A stretch of 64,000 nt of DNA from Rhizophagus irregularis (GCF_026210795.1 NC_089432.1:310001-374000), one strand, 5' to 3'. Positions 39,957-52,914 are shown, numbered from the stretch's first letter. The notes: generated by a model from the sequence alone, not told the origin. Numbers and translations are program-made.

Positions 39957-42900
39957 AGGGCCCCTGAATGCCACTGTGGCGCATATATGAAACCTCGTCC
40001 TTGACAGTTATAATAAGTGTACATAAAAATTTTAATAAAGAGTGTACATATATTTTAAAATTTATTATTAAATGTACTACATAAATTTATATATAATTTT
40101 TGCGTTCTAATAGAGTGTACAGACAAAGTTGAATCAAAAGCAAATACAATGTACGACAAAAGTTTATTGATAAATCACATGTACACTAAAGGTTATAGAA
40201 GGAAAAAAAACTATTTTAAAACTATTCATCGTTAGAATTAGCATTATTTTTTCTCATCCGCATTATTTTTTCTGCTTCTTTAATGGATTGTTCAAGTTCG
40301 CAGGACTTTCCAACAAAATGGAAATATGTCGCATATTGAAGATCTCCTAATTTTAGTGTTTTTCCTAACCAGTGAGAAGTACCATGATATTCTTCTAATA
40401 CAGAACCCAAATGTGCAATGAAACGAAATGGATTAGACTCACATGTGAATTGTGTACGGTCTTTGCTTATAATCGGAATAAATTCACATGCTGAATCCGG
40501 CTTGAGATCATACAAGCGTGCATGAATTTTTCCTTCGTTTAAACCAGATAATAAATCTACACGAACATAGCTTGATCCACGTTTCTTAAATTTGTAAAAA
40601 AACCATAAATTTTGAAGAATAATAAAAAAATTTAGTAAAAATAATAAAAATTTAAAATAATTTACCTCAAATACTGCAATAATTTCAGCAATGACAATAG
40701 AATGACTATTTTCGCAATAATAATAAAAATCTCCTCTTTTGAATTTAGATGATTGTGGATTTATTTTTGTGGAATCAAAGACCTTTTTGCATGCAGTTTT
40801 CCATCGTGTAATTCGTCCTTTTGTTCTTGCTTGATGTTCAGTATTACTTAATCGGTCCTGACGAACGGCAGCCATAATATCCATTGTGCCTAGTTCAGTG
40901 ACTACTGTGAGATTATTTTTATTGAGTGTAGCTTTATTTCCAACTTTTTTCTTTTCCTTTTGAGTAAAGTAATCATATTTTTCTAAAGTATCAAATAATT
41001 TATTAAAACATTGAAAATAAAGAATAATAAAAAATTAAATTCAAATTACCTCGATAATATGACATTGCTTGCATTATTGCTAATGGACTCAATTCATGAG
41101 TTTTTCCAAATGCCTTATTTATCTTTTCAAAAAAATTATCCTCAAAATCCAGTTCCAAAGTTGATTGAGTATTTTCATTATCCATTTCATCTAAATCATT
41201 ATTAGGAACGTCAAGATGTTCAGGAAATTTGGATCTATTCAATATGCGTTGTTGATGTCGTGTGAGCAATTTGCCAATATCACATTCATTATCCAATTCA
41301 TCCTCTGATTCACCCTCAAGTTCATCAGTTTCACTTGTGTTCTCCATAGGTATATTATGATTATTTATTTTTTTAAGTGAATGTAAGGATTGTTGAATTA
41401 ATTCTGAAAAAATTTCCTTATTTACTACTATGCCAAGACTGCAAAGTATAATTTTCATAGCATACGAAGTCTAAAATTTCAGTAACATACAATTAATAAT
41501 AATAAATGATGGATAAATATAAGATAATAATGTAATATATACCTTTTCTATCATATTATCAATATCAAAAATTGATGGAAAATCCGTCAAATTTTTTGGC
41601 AATTTTTCTTTAACTGTGGATAATTTGATATTATAACCATCATTATTATCGGGTCTGATTAAATCACCTAAGATTATATATATAATTAATTTAATTATTT
41701 TTAAAATAACTAATAAGTTTTAGTTAAATTACTAACCTTTCATTTCAATCATAATATTTTTTAAAATTTTTTCATTCATTGATAAGAAATCTAGTACGGT
41801 AAAATCTTCAATAATCCGTCGTGCACAGCCAAATATATGCTCAAGAAAGGCAGTAGAAATCATCCACGGACATAAAGGATAATTTGAATAAAAATTTGGC
41901 CATTGTTGAATTAATAATATCAAGGTTAATCCCAGATAGATAAAATCATCGCATGATTGCCAAGATATTCCAAATTTATTTCCATTACACGTGGCTTGAT
42001 TTGCTTTTAAAAAATGTTGTACTCCTGCAAAAAAAATGCATGCGCCCCAAGCAAATCCTACACGATCTATATGGGCCATGCTATGTGATTTCCATGATTC
42101 GAACAAAATTCCACAAAAAAAATGGTAACAAGCGTCACCATACATTTCGTCATCATTATTTTTCACAGAATAATCTGTAAAGCCTATGAATAATAAATAA
42201 ATTATTAATTGTATTTTTTAACTAAAATTACTTCACATTTTACTTGCCTTTTAAAACAGATGATGAAAAAAATCTCTCAGCTGATTCATCTGCCTGCTTA
42301 TCTTTAGGATTAAGAATATTACTTGTTAAACCTGAATAAATTTCAGAATTTTCTTTTAAAATCCACAAATGTTCAGTAGACATAATGTAATATCCAATTG
42401 GACACACTCTTGTTCCACTATTATGCATATTTCGTCCTTAATAATCAAATAAAAATTTATTTATATAAAATCAAATATAACTACAGCATATATTTACAAT
42501 ATTTTACCCTTTTTCACACAATGATAAATATCCGTTCCACAAATAAATGGTAATGAATTATCCATCAAATGTAAGGCTATAGGATATTTCATTTTACTGA
42601 ATATAGAAGTATTCTAATAAAAAAAAGTCCATTTTAATTATTGCTATTTAAAATCTTTTATTAAAGATCTTACCTTTTTAAGTGCAAGTTCACAAGTAAA
42701 AGTTGGATCTTCGCTATAAACTTCACCTAACCAATTCCGATCAAGAGTAGCACCATCAAAATATAAACCAATTGTCATAGCTCCTGCACGATTTAATTCT
42801 CTCATAATTAAATTGTTATCATGTGTATTAATTTCTGCTTTTTCCGTTTGGTCTGACGGATTGACAGCAATCACAATTGGCGGTATTCCAGGAATACAAG

Positions 42901-44829
42901 CTGAAAGAGCATAAACTGTAATATATGTTGCTTTTTTAAAATTGCTAATTTTATTATGAAGTTCCTCTATTGTCATTGTTGTTGGAATTATAGTATCTTC
43001 AATAGGCACACATCCAATCCATTTTTGCCGCTGTTTACAAACTTCAATCAATTCTGCAACTTTTGTTTGATCTTTTGCACATATTGTAGGACCAGCATAA
43101 TCATATGCTTTACGCCACATTGTAATAATATCTGGAAAACTTGATGTATTTATTCCATATATATTATAATAAATATCTGATTCATTTCTTTTATGCCGTA
43201 AAAATCGAATTGTTGGTCCAGCCAAATTTGCTGTGAGCCAACGTGTTGCTAAAGTGCTAATAGACATAAGCACAACTAAAAAATCAATAAAACTTTCATG
43301 ATACTCTCCAATTCCTCTCATAGAAGTTACACCACGTTGCAATTTATCAATAACTTTTGTTACAGCTTGTGCCATTCCAACAAATATAGGTCGATTTTCT
43401 TCCAATGTTTTGTCAATTAAAAAGGTTATACATTGGCTAACCCAATTCTCAAGCCCATGGGTCTCAACTGCTTCAATAATACGTCCAAGTGCTGGATATT
43501 TGTTAACTATTACATAATAGGAATGATCTGATACTTCTTTTTCAACATATGTGCATAATTGTTGTAATTCTGTTGATTTTGTATGTCCAGGTCGATGTTT
43601 AAGTGAAGTAATTATTGTTTCATGCAGCTTTTTGATATCGTATTGAGCCCAACTATCTCCAAATTGAGAAATAATACTTGCAGGTATTGGTTGACCTTCT
43701 TTCAGGAGAAACAAACAATCAATTTGTGCAATAAGTTCTTGATAACGTCGATTCCTTTTTTGTACAGCATCCATTTGTGCTAAAATACCACATTTGGAAC
43801 AATATTTGGATGTTGTATAACCTTCACATTCGTTGCTTTTGATATATCCATGTGCCTTAACATTTTTATCAAAAAGATTATCATCACGTAAAATTTTGTA
43901 TTTATCTGTTGATGTTCCATATCGTGCTAATGCTGCAAATGATTTAGAATAAAAACCATGGCACACTAAAAATAGAGAATTTGGATAAGATTCTTTACTT
44001 TTATTCTTTGAACATTATTAAATAATTAAATAATTACCTTTTCCTGATGATTCTAAATGCATTCCTGTATTTAAAGTTTCTTTTCGTTTACTTTCAAAAT
44101 TCAGGAAAGTGGTACGAAGTTTTTTGGAAGGATTTGATTCAGTATTTATTATGTTATCTTTATGCATATTTGTTTCAAGATGCTGCCATAATCGATAGCC
44201 ATCATTAATCCGATGTAAAGTAATAGGCGTTCCAGTATCACAATAATGACAATAAACTTGATTATTACTAAGTTTTTCTAATTTTGGATCTTTTAAGAAT
44301 TCACCAAGTATCGGTATCTTTCGATTACTTTGAGTTTTAATTTGGGCTTTTGGTTTTATTGCCTGTTTAGCATTTACAAAGAGTGTAGAATTGTCTTTTT
44401 GTATCTTTCTCTCTGTGGAAGGACTATCATTTACTTTTACAGGAAAATTCAATTTTGTTTGTACATAAGCTTTACGTTTCACTGTTGCTGTTTTTTCTTC
44501 CATTTAAAACATTTAAAACAAAGAACGTTGAAAAAAAAATTATAATTGCTAACCATAAAAATATTATATAACGCGTACATCATATGTACTACAAATCTAT
44601 ATTCAATTGTACATCATATACATCTGTTCTTTATGTCATGTACTACGAATTGATCTTAGATTAATATAAACCGTACAACAAAAAATTTTTGATAATCATA
44701 TTAAGTGTACTTCGAACGTCAAGCCACAATACCATCAAAAAAGGCAAATTGTGTAACTGTACGATGAACACACAAAAAAATCTAGCCTGAGTGTACGACA
44801 AGGTCATTATATATGTATTCAGGGGCCCT
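39957..44829 (-). mobile_element. Full-length P-superfamily-like DNA transposon (4873 bp)
   Basis: Perfect 13-bp TIR AGGGCCCCTGAAT/ATTCAGGGGCCCT; perfect 8-bp TSD GCATTATG (39949-39956, 44830-44837); GTAC-core subterminal repeats at both ends. Confidence 0.9.
40222..44503 (-). CDS. P-element-like DDE transposase, 9 exons, ~1238 aa
   Basis: Exons 44503-44038, 43965-42674, 42613-42508, 42436-42248, 42174-41737, 41667-41543, 41470-41050, 40982-40666, 40584-40222 join with no stop; motifs KDQTK, FDGA, DIYHCVKKGRN, DKQ..AERFFS, STAFLEHIFGCAR. Confidence 0.85.
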
Positions 44830-45015
44830 GCATTATGATGATTGCAAATCCTAAATCAGGCCAAAATTTTAAAAATTCTACAATAATTCTGTGGCACGTC
44901 ATACTTGATCAACGGTAACAGTGTCACCAACTGAATCACCATACACTTAAAATAAATTTGTAAAAAAAAAAATTTACACAAATTTTACTATTCTTTCTCC
45001 TTAAAATAATTTACG

Positions 45016-46209
45016 ATGCCTGATACGAAAATCAATTCAAATAATAATGATTTTACAAAAATTAATGATTCAATCAATGAATTTATTCAAATTATTAAAA
45101 ATTTTGATAAAATGAATATAAAAGAAATAGAACCTACAACTAAAAATATCAATAAATATATTTTTGAAGGAGATATAAGTATTGTGATTGATGAATTAGT
45201 TAATCTTATTTTTAATAAATTAAATGAAGGTAATGATGAAATAATAATTAAACAACATGTTTTAAATTATATTAACCCTGTAAAAAAAGTCAATCCGTTT
45301 TTTTTATTCCATCTTTTTTCCGTAAAAGGCTCATATTTCCGGAATTAATAACTTTATATCACGGAATTTATCGAATTATTTGCATTTTCCGTGAATGGAT
45401 CCGTGAAAGGCTCATTTTCACGGAGTTTTTACAAAAATAACGGATAAAATTTTTTATAGGGTAATAATAAGAAGATAAATTCACAAGAAATCGATAATTG
45501 GCTTTTAAATAATCAAAATAATTCAAATTCTATTTATTTATTTGGATATTTTAATTATCATGGAATTGAGATTGATCTTAATAGGAAAAAAGCAATTGAA
45601 TTATATCATAAATCAGCAGAATTAGGAAATTATGTAGCTCAAATAGATCTTGCTAATATTTATATTCATGGAAAAGGAGTTGAAAAAAATCCTGATTTTG
45701 CTTTTAAATTATCTAAAAAATTAGCAGAAAAAGGAATTCCAAATGCAATAAATAGATTAGGATATTGTTATAATAATGGAGTTGGAACTGTTATTGATAA
45801 ACAAAAAGCATTTGAATCATACAAAAAAGCAGCAGATTTAGGAAATTCAACAGGAATAAGTAACTTGGGCTATTGTTATAAAAATGGATTTGGAACTCAA
45901 ATTAATATACAAAAAGCATTTGATTTATATCAAAAAGCAGCAGATTTGGGCAATTCATATGGAATAAATAATTTAGGATGGTGTTATGATGGTGGGGTTG
46001 GAACTAATGTTGATAGGCAAAAGGCATTTGAATTGTACCAAAAATCTGCAAATTTGGGAAATTATTTAGGTCAATATAATATTGCTTTAATATATGAAAT
46101 TGGAGACTTAGTTGAAGAAGATATTGATCAAGCAATTTATTGGTACAAAAAATCTGCTGAACAAGGATATAAACATGCTCAAAAAAAATTAGACAAATTA
46201 ATAAAATAA
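45016..46209 (+). CDS. Sel1-repeat protein without kinase domain (~337 aa if the MITE is spliced out)
   Basis: Exon 45016-45279 plus 45460-46209, both stop-free; homologous to the Sel1 halves of the two kinase-Sel1 genes (IIKNFDKMNIKEIEP, WLLNNQNNSNSIYLFGYFNYHG). Confidence 0.75.
45276..45461 (+). mobile_element. 186-bp MITE (CCCTG ends, possibly CMC/EnSpm-type) inserted in the Sel1 CDS
   Basis: TIR CCCTGTAAAAAA/TTTTTTATAGGG; TAA duplicated at 45273-45275 and 45462-45464; removing it restores YINNKKIN, matching the paralogs; second copy at 30391-30534. Confidence 0.9.
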
Positions 46210-47816
46210 ATTATGTATTTTAATTTTTTTAATATAAAGCAGCATGTCAACCTTATATAGAAATATTTTTTCAAAAAAAAAATATTAATTTCGAAACTAC
46301 AGATATTAATACTTTTTTTTTTTGGAAGGCTTTTTTCAGTAAGATGTTAATTTTTAATTCTTTTTTTGGAGGCTTTTTATTTTACCATTAACATTTCAAG
46401 AATATTTCCATTTTCTATTTACTAAAAGCGTTAACCACTAAACATTAATAGGTTACATACAATATGTTTATATTTCTTAAGAGGTTATGCAAATGTTAAA
46501 CACTTTATGTAAAATTTACTAAAAATAATTATTAAGTTAAAAATAATTGCGTATAATAAATATATTTGTTTTGTACTTTTAAAATAAATATTCAATACTA
46601 TTTTTTTTCATTTTACTCTCATCAGATAATTTCTGAAGTTTTTATATGAAAATTTAATACGGATAATGAACTTTTACGATGGATTAATTCTGAAACTCAG
46701 CGAAACTAGTTTCGTCGATTTTCAAATTTCCAAAACCTAAACTCTGAAATTTATGAAACATGTGAATACTGATGCAACCAATCAGAATGATGATGTTATT
46801 TTATGATAATTTTAAAAATATTATAAAGTGAAAATTTATAAAACGATCATACCATACACCTATTATAATATTATTTATATACAGTACTAAAATTATAAAA
46901 TTGATGCCATTTTCAAAATAAAATATCAAGAAAGAAAGTAAGGTATTAGCAATACGATGTTACAGTAAAATTGAAAATCACTGGACACTGCAAATTTTGT
47001 TTCTTATCGAGAGAATTTGGTAACATTCAGAAAATTCATCTTCCGAACAAGGCATGTAGCATACCACTATGTTTGGAACATCGATTCAGACGTAGCGATA
47101 TGCTTATTTCTTCAATTTTATATACAGTATAGTTCGATATTAATTATTGGTTATACGTTACTATACTTTATTGGACTGTTATTTATACATATATAGTTCC
47201 TGTTCTTGATTGATGTGGAAGAGAAATTATGGTTCCGATCTGGAACCTTTCGAATTATAATTCACACTAGCGTCTGGAACTGTCAATCTAAGCTTTAACT
47301 CTCGCTGAAATTATATTTTAGACAGAATTAAATGTCAAAAAATGATTTAGCTCTGCCCACAATTATAGTATTGGCACAAAATGAAAATAATACTGGATGG
47401 AATTAAAAAATCGAATCAATCCGTCAAAATAATCGGATAAGGTTCCGATTTTAACGAGTTTAACACTTTAACGAGAAGCTGCGGATCACAAAAAACTGAT
47501 CGACGGCAAGTTTAAATTGCGTAATAACAAAAAAACGTGAAAAAAATAATACATAAAGTATCCATTTTTCCCTTAAATAAGATAATAAGATTAAGATAAA
47601 ATTTTAAATTTTCATGAATTTAAAAATTTTAATTGACGTTAATTTTTTATAAGATTGTTTGTCGACCAAATTCAAAATGATAAGCATATAACGGTGCCGC
47701 AGAAAATTGATCTGCAGTACTGTATTACCGTACACACAAACAAATATAAATATTTGCTACATATGATAAAATTTTTTTTACTCCTTGCATTTTTATTATT
47801 ATTTCACAAATCAACA

Positions 47817-50100
47817 ATGTCAATTTCTAATAATACTGAAATACAAATTTTCAATAATTCATTTGAATGGATTAAAGAAGCTATTTCTAAAAAACATATA
47901 AAATATTACGATTATAAAGATTTTTATAATATTGAAAAAATTGATAATAAAAAAATTGATGATCATAACTTTGGAAAAGTTTATCGTACAAATTTGAAAA
48001 ATTCTGAACAATATTTTGCGTTAAAATCATTCAACTTTGATAACGCCGTCATTGTAAAAGAAATCATTCATGAGGTAATTAATAATTATATATATCTTTG
48101 ATTTACAGTTATTTTATTTTTAATATAATATATTAAATTATCATTTTTATCCCAGATTAAACTTCATCGTAAAATAAATTTTCATAATAATATTATTCAA
48201 ATTTTTGGATTGACAGCCAAAGGTAATGATAAATGTATATAATTTTATTGAACTTTATTAATGAGATTGATTCAATTCTTTTTTTAAAATAGAAAATCGA
48301 AACGGTAATTTGAAGAAATATTTATTAGTTATGGAATATGCTGATGCAAATTCCTTACAAAATTATTTAAAAGAAAATTTTAAGAAACTCACATGGGAAG
48401 ATAAATACAAATTATCATATCAATTAATCTGTGGGATATCATACTTGCATGATGAAGAAATTATTCATCGTAATTTGGTAATTTATTTAGAATTGTTTAT
48501 AATACAGAATTTATTAATATTTGCTCATGTTTTATTATATTTTATTTATAATAGCACTCTAACAATGTTTTGATCAATAAAAATACTATCAAATTGGCCG
48601 ACTTTGGATTATCGAAAAGAATCAAGGAAGCTTCTGAACGAGATCTGGATTTATTTGACACAGTCCCTTATGTTGACCCCAAAAAATTTGTCAGTAACAA
48701 GTCATACTTACTAAATAAAAAGAGTGACGTATACAGTATTGGAGTGATTTTGTGGGAGATATCAAGTGGTCAACCGCCATTTAAAGATCAACTTTATGAT
48801 TCTAGTTTAGTTATGCAAATTTCGAAAGGTTATAGAGAAGCAATTGTTTCAGATACCCCTTCAAATTATTCAAGTCTTTACATTGGTAAATATTATTTAA
48901 TATACTCTTATTTATATTATGCATCTAGTTTAAAATTTTTAAAGTCTTTTTTTTACGTTTTATTTAGAATGCTGGAATGGTGAACCAGACAATAGGCCAA
49001 CTATGAGTCAAGTTGTTGCTAAAATAAAAGCAATTGTCACAAATTCAAGTATAATAACAGGAGATTATCAAACATTTGATCTCACATTAAACCCTTCGTT
49101 AATAAAAAATAAGCAACAGTTTAATATTGACCTATCAACTGCTGATGATTTATCTCACGAAGTAAATTTTAACAGAATAAGTATAAGGGAAGTTGAACCT
49201 ACAATTCAAAATATTAACGAAAATATATATGAAGAGGATTTAAGTATTGTAGTGAATGAATTAGTTAATCTTTATTTTAAGGAGGTAAATGAAGGAATAG
49301 AAGAAAGAGTAAGAAAGAAACATATTCTTGATTATATTAATAATCTCAAGATTAATTTACAAGAAATTTATAATTGGCTTTTAAATAATCAAAATGATTC
49401 AAATTTTATTCAATTACTTGGTTATTTTAATTATTATGGAATTGTAATTAGTGCTGATGTACAAAAAGCATTTAAATTATATCAAAAAGCGGCAGAATTA
49501 GAAAATATTGTAGCACAATTTGAACTTGCTAATATGTATATGGACGGGGAAGGTACTGATAAAGATTATGAAAAAGCTTTTAAATTATCTAAAAAATTAG
49601 CGGATAAAGAATATTCAAGTGGAATAAATTTGTTAGGATATTGTCATGATATTGGAATTGGAACTGATGTTGATAAGTTAAAGGCATTTGAATTATATTT
49701 AAAAGCAGCAAATTTAGATAATAGTATAGCGCAACATAATATTGGTCATATGTATAAAGATGGAGAAGGTATTGAACAAGATTATAATAAATCTATTGAA
49801 TTTTTTAAAAAATCAGCTGAAAAGGGATATTCAGATGGAATGACTATGTTAGGATTTTGTTATAATAATGGAATTGGAACCGATCCTGATAAGAAAATGG
49901 CATTTAAATTATATGAAAAAGCAGCAAATTTAGAGAATAGTGTAGCTCAATTTAATATTGCTTTAATGTATGAATATGGTAATGAAATAGAAAAAGATAT
50001 AAATCAGGCAATTTATTGGTATAAAAAATCTGCTAAACAAGGTTACCAAAATGCTCAAAATAAGTTAAAAAAGCTTAATAAAAATATCCAAGAAATTTAG
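47817..50100 (+). CDS. TKL-type kinase-like domain fused to Sel1-like repeats (~657 aa), probable pseudokinase
   Basis: Exons 47817-48074, 48156-48222, 48293-48477, 48555-48885, 48968-50100 in frame; ALKSF, LVMEYAD, HRNLHSNN, KLADFG, KSDVYSIG; multiple Sel1 repeats; same intron positions as the 10760-12908 gene. Confidence 0.9.
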
Positions 50101-50159
50101 CATTTATTAATTTATTTATCTGAATAGCCAATAATCATTTTTAAATGTTACTATTAACA

Positions 50160-50769
50160 TAGTTTAACAAAAGAATATCAAGTCGTATGGTAAAATTTAC
50201 TTGAAGATTTTTTTTTGTATTAAACTATACTGTATTATAATTTATACTATAATCATAATAATTTAATAATAAATTTTTTATTATTTTAATCCTTAATAAC
50301 TCTGGACTCTTTAACATTTTCGTTTCAAATTTCGCGAAAATATTCCAAATATCTGTCTTTTCCATAAAGTATCTCGCTTTTTTTTTAAAAAAAAAAAATT
50401 AATAATAAATCAAACCTTTCAAAAATTTTTTCTTTAGAAGTTTCAGGAGAAAAATGAGTTATTTCATGTTTCTTAAAATTCATCATATATCCATTAAAAT
50501 TTACAAATTCTAATAGAGCATAAGTCATGAAATTTTAAAAATTTTAGGATAATTTACTAGTAAAATGACTCGTCCATCAAAGCAAGACTGCCTTATTGTA
50601 ATATTGTGTAATCATATTATATTTAATTTATTTAATTTATAAACTGGTGAATTATTAATCGTTGTTTTTGGAAATAATACATATATTACTTTATATTTTA
50701 TGTATTATGAAAAAAAATTAATTTAAATTTTACTATACGACTTGATATACTTTTGTTAAACTACACTCT
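50160..50769. mobile_element. MITE with ~45-bp inverted ends
   Basis: TAGTTTAACAAAAGAATATCAAGTCGTATGGTAAAATTTA mirrored by TAAATTTTACTATACGACTTGATATACTTTTGTTAAACTA. Confidence 0.7.
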
Positions 50770-52129
50770 AATGTTACATCAAGCAGAAAATGAGATTAAG
50801 GCCGCTGAAGATGGATAATGAAAATTATTGAAGAATGGACAGAGGATGGAATTATTGAAATCGGTTAGATATGACAATTAATGATTGGATAAAAGGCGAA
50901 TTGAATTAAGTTTGCATCGGTCTACAAAATCTCAGATTTTTATTGGATGGTGTCGCATCATCACATCACCAGATACAGACATACAGTAATACAGTATTGT
51001 AAATTAAACCATATACTGTACCTATCATACATTGATATTCCAATTGAATACATTTCTTACTATTTTATTTCAAGTTCGATATTTAAAAATTTATTCTAAT
51101 TGGTAATTTAAATAAAGCTAGTTAATTGATATACTACACAATTTATTTAATTCAATTATTTCGATACATGAAATTGAAAAAAAAGATATACTATATTTCA
51201 AGAATAAAATTAAAAATGTCATTATAACAATACGATAATATTATAATAAATATAACTACAGTAATAAAGTTAATGAGGAAATGGCTCGATCTCGTAGTAC
51301 CCGTTTTTACACAACTAATGAAGTTATATTCTAAAATCTAAAATAATAAAAATAAGAATTACTATACCGTATAGACTGCTTATGGTCTAAATGACTAAAT
51401 GTACCTTCTTATACGATACTAGAGCACTATATTTTGGCCTATTGTATGTCCTTTTATAATAAAGAGATGTGTGCGTAGAATTAGCATAATTACATTCAAA
51501 TTGTCTTATAGATTAGTATCACTTTACATGAATTTCCCTAGCACTGTTCAAATTAAATTCCAGATTTTTATTAAACCTAATATGATCAAGTAATTTACTG
51601 TTATCTTTATTTCATGTGAATTCCAAAATTTTAACTCATTTTACTTTACTAGATGATAAGGTCATAGGATTTAAAATATAATACAACTACCCCAAGAACA
51701 CCCCAAAAATTCTGCGTAAATCATGTGATCATCACGTATCACATGATTGTGATTAAGTAATTTACATAAATATTACTAGTTAGTTAATCTTTTATTAAAG
51801 TTTCGCCTTTCCACTTTCAATATGGATATTGTAACTACTAATAATTTACAAAAATGTAAAAAATGTTGAAAAACATTAACGAAAATACTCAGCAATTTAA
51901 AATTTGTAATATTGTCATCATAAAGCTACTTTGCAATATGAACAATCTAATTATCTACTAACACAGAGGTAGAACTTTAACTCTAGAAGAAATGTCAAAA
52001 CAATTATTTGAAAGAATTTTAGAAATCAACACTAATGGATATTTAGAAAATGATTTAACTAGTAGTATAGATTTTAATGGCAATATTTCAAAAAAATTTT
52101 CGACCACGTCTTGATTTAGTAATTTATAT

Positions 52130-52692
52130 TCTTCTTACACATCATTAACAACAATAAATATTTATGTGGTCGTGAAAAACCTTCATGGTGAAAAGATTTT
52201 AAATTGTAAGCATCTTCTCAATTTACAATACTTTTTTTACAAAGTTCAACGTCAAGAGATAGTATACCCATTTATATTTTTACCAGGCGAAAAATCAATG
52301 CAAAATCCACCTTCTAATTCAAATAGAGGTAAATAATATTTATATTACCATATTGACAATAACAAAAATAAACTTTTTTTATTTTTTTTTTAGATAATAC
52401 ATTAAGCAATATAACAAATTTAATGGATAATAAAAAAACTGCTCAATTCGCAATTGTAAATTCAATGAGTGATGATGATGACGACCAAAAGATGCAACTT
52501 TTTAAAGATTACAAATTAATACTATGTCAAGCATTGAAAATTGTAGAAGAACAAGATAATATTGGTAATAAAAGATGGGCACAAGCAGTTCAGACAAGTT
52601 TTACTGATATTGATAAGTATGAAAGACAGATTACAAATCCACACACCATATCGGCGGATTTGGTTACTCATTCCGATAGTGTAATTTTTTAG
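52130..52692 (+). pseudogene. Remnant of a MULE/SWIM-type transposase C-terminus
   Basis: Fragments GREKPSW*KDFK, CKHL, VQRQ..YPF, ALKIVEEQ..NKRWAQAV; family call from recalled similarity only. Confidence 0.45.
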
Positions 52693-52914
52693 TCAAAAAG
52701 TATTATATAAGACGCAAATAAGGTTTGGCAAATTAAAAATAAAAATAAACAAATAAAATTGTTACACGTTATTCTAATATTATGTTAGGCTAAAATTATG
52801 CTAATTCCGGCCAGAATTAAATCGTATTTCTAGTTTATCGCACTTGCGATAATGTCATGTATCATATGGACCATTTATAGTTTATTTTTTATTTTTCTAG
52901 TAACGACTTAGGAC

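Noticed and set aside
47655..47816. Apparent N-terminal extension or signal peptide on the kinase ORF
   Set aside because: The ORF caller used an upstream TTG; the paralog's start aligns with ATG 47817, and the extension overlaps the shared upstream motif
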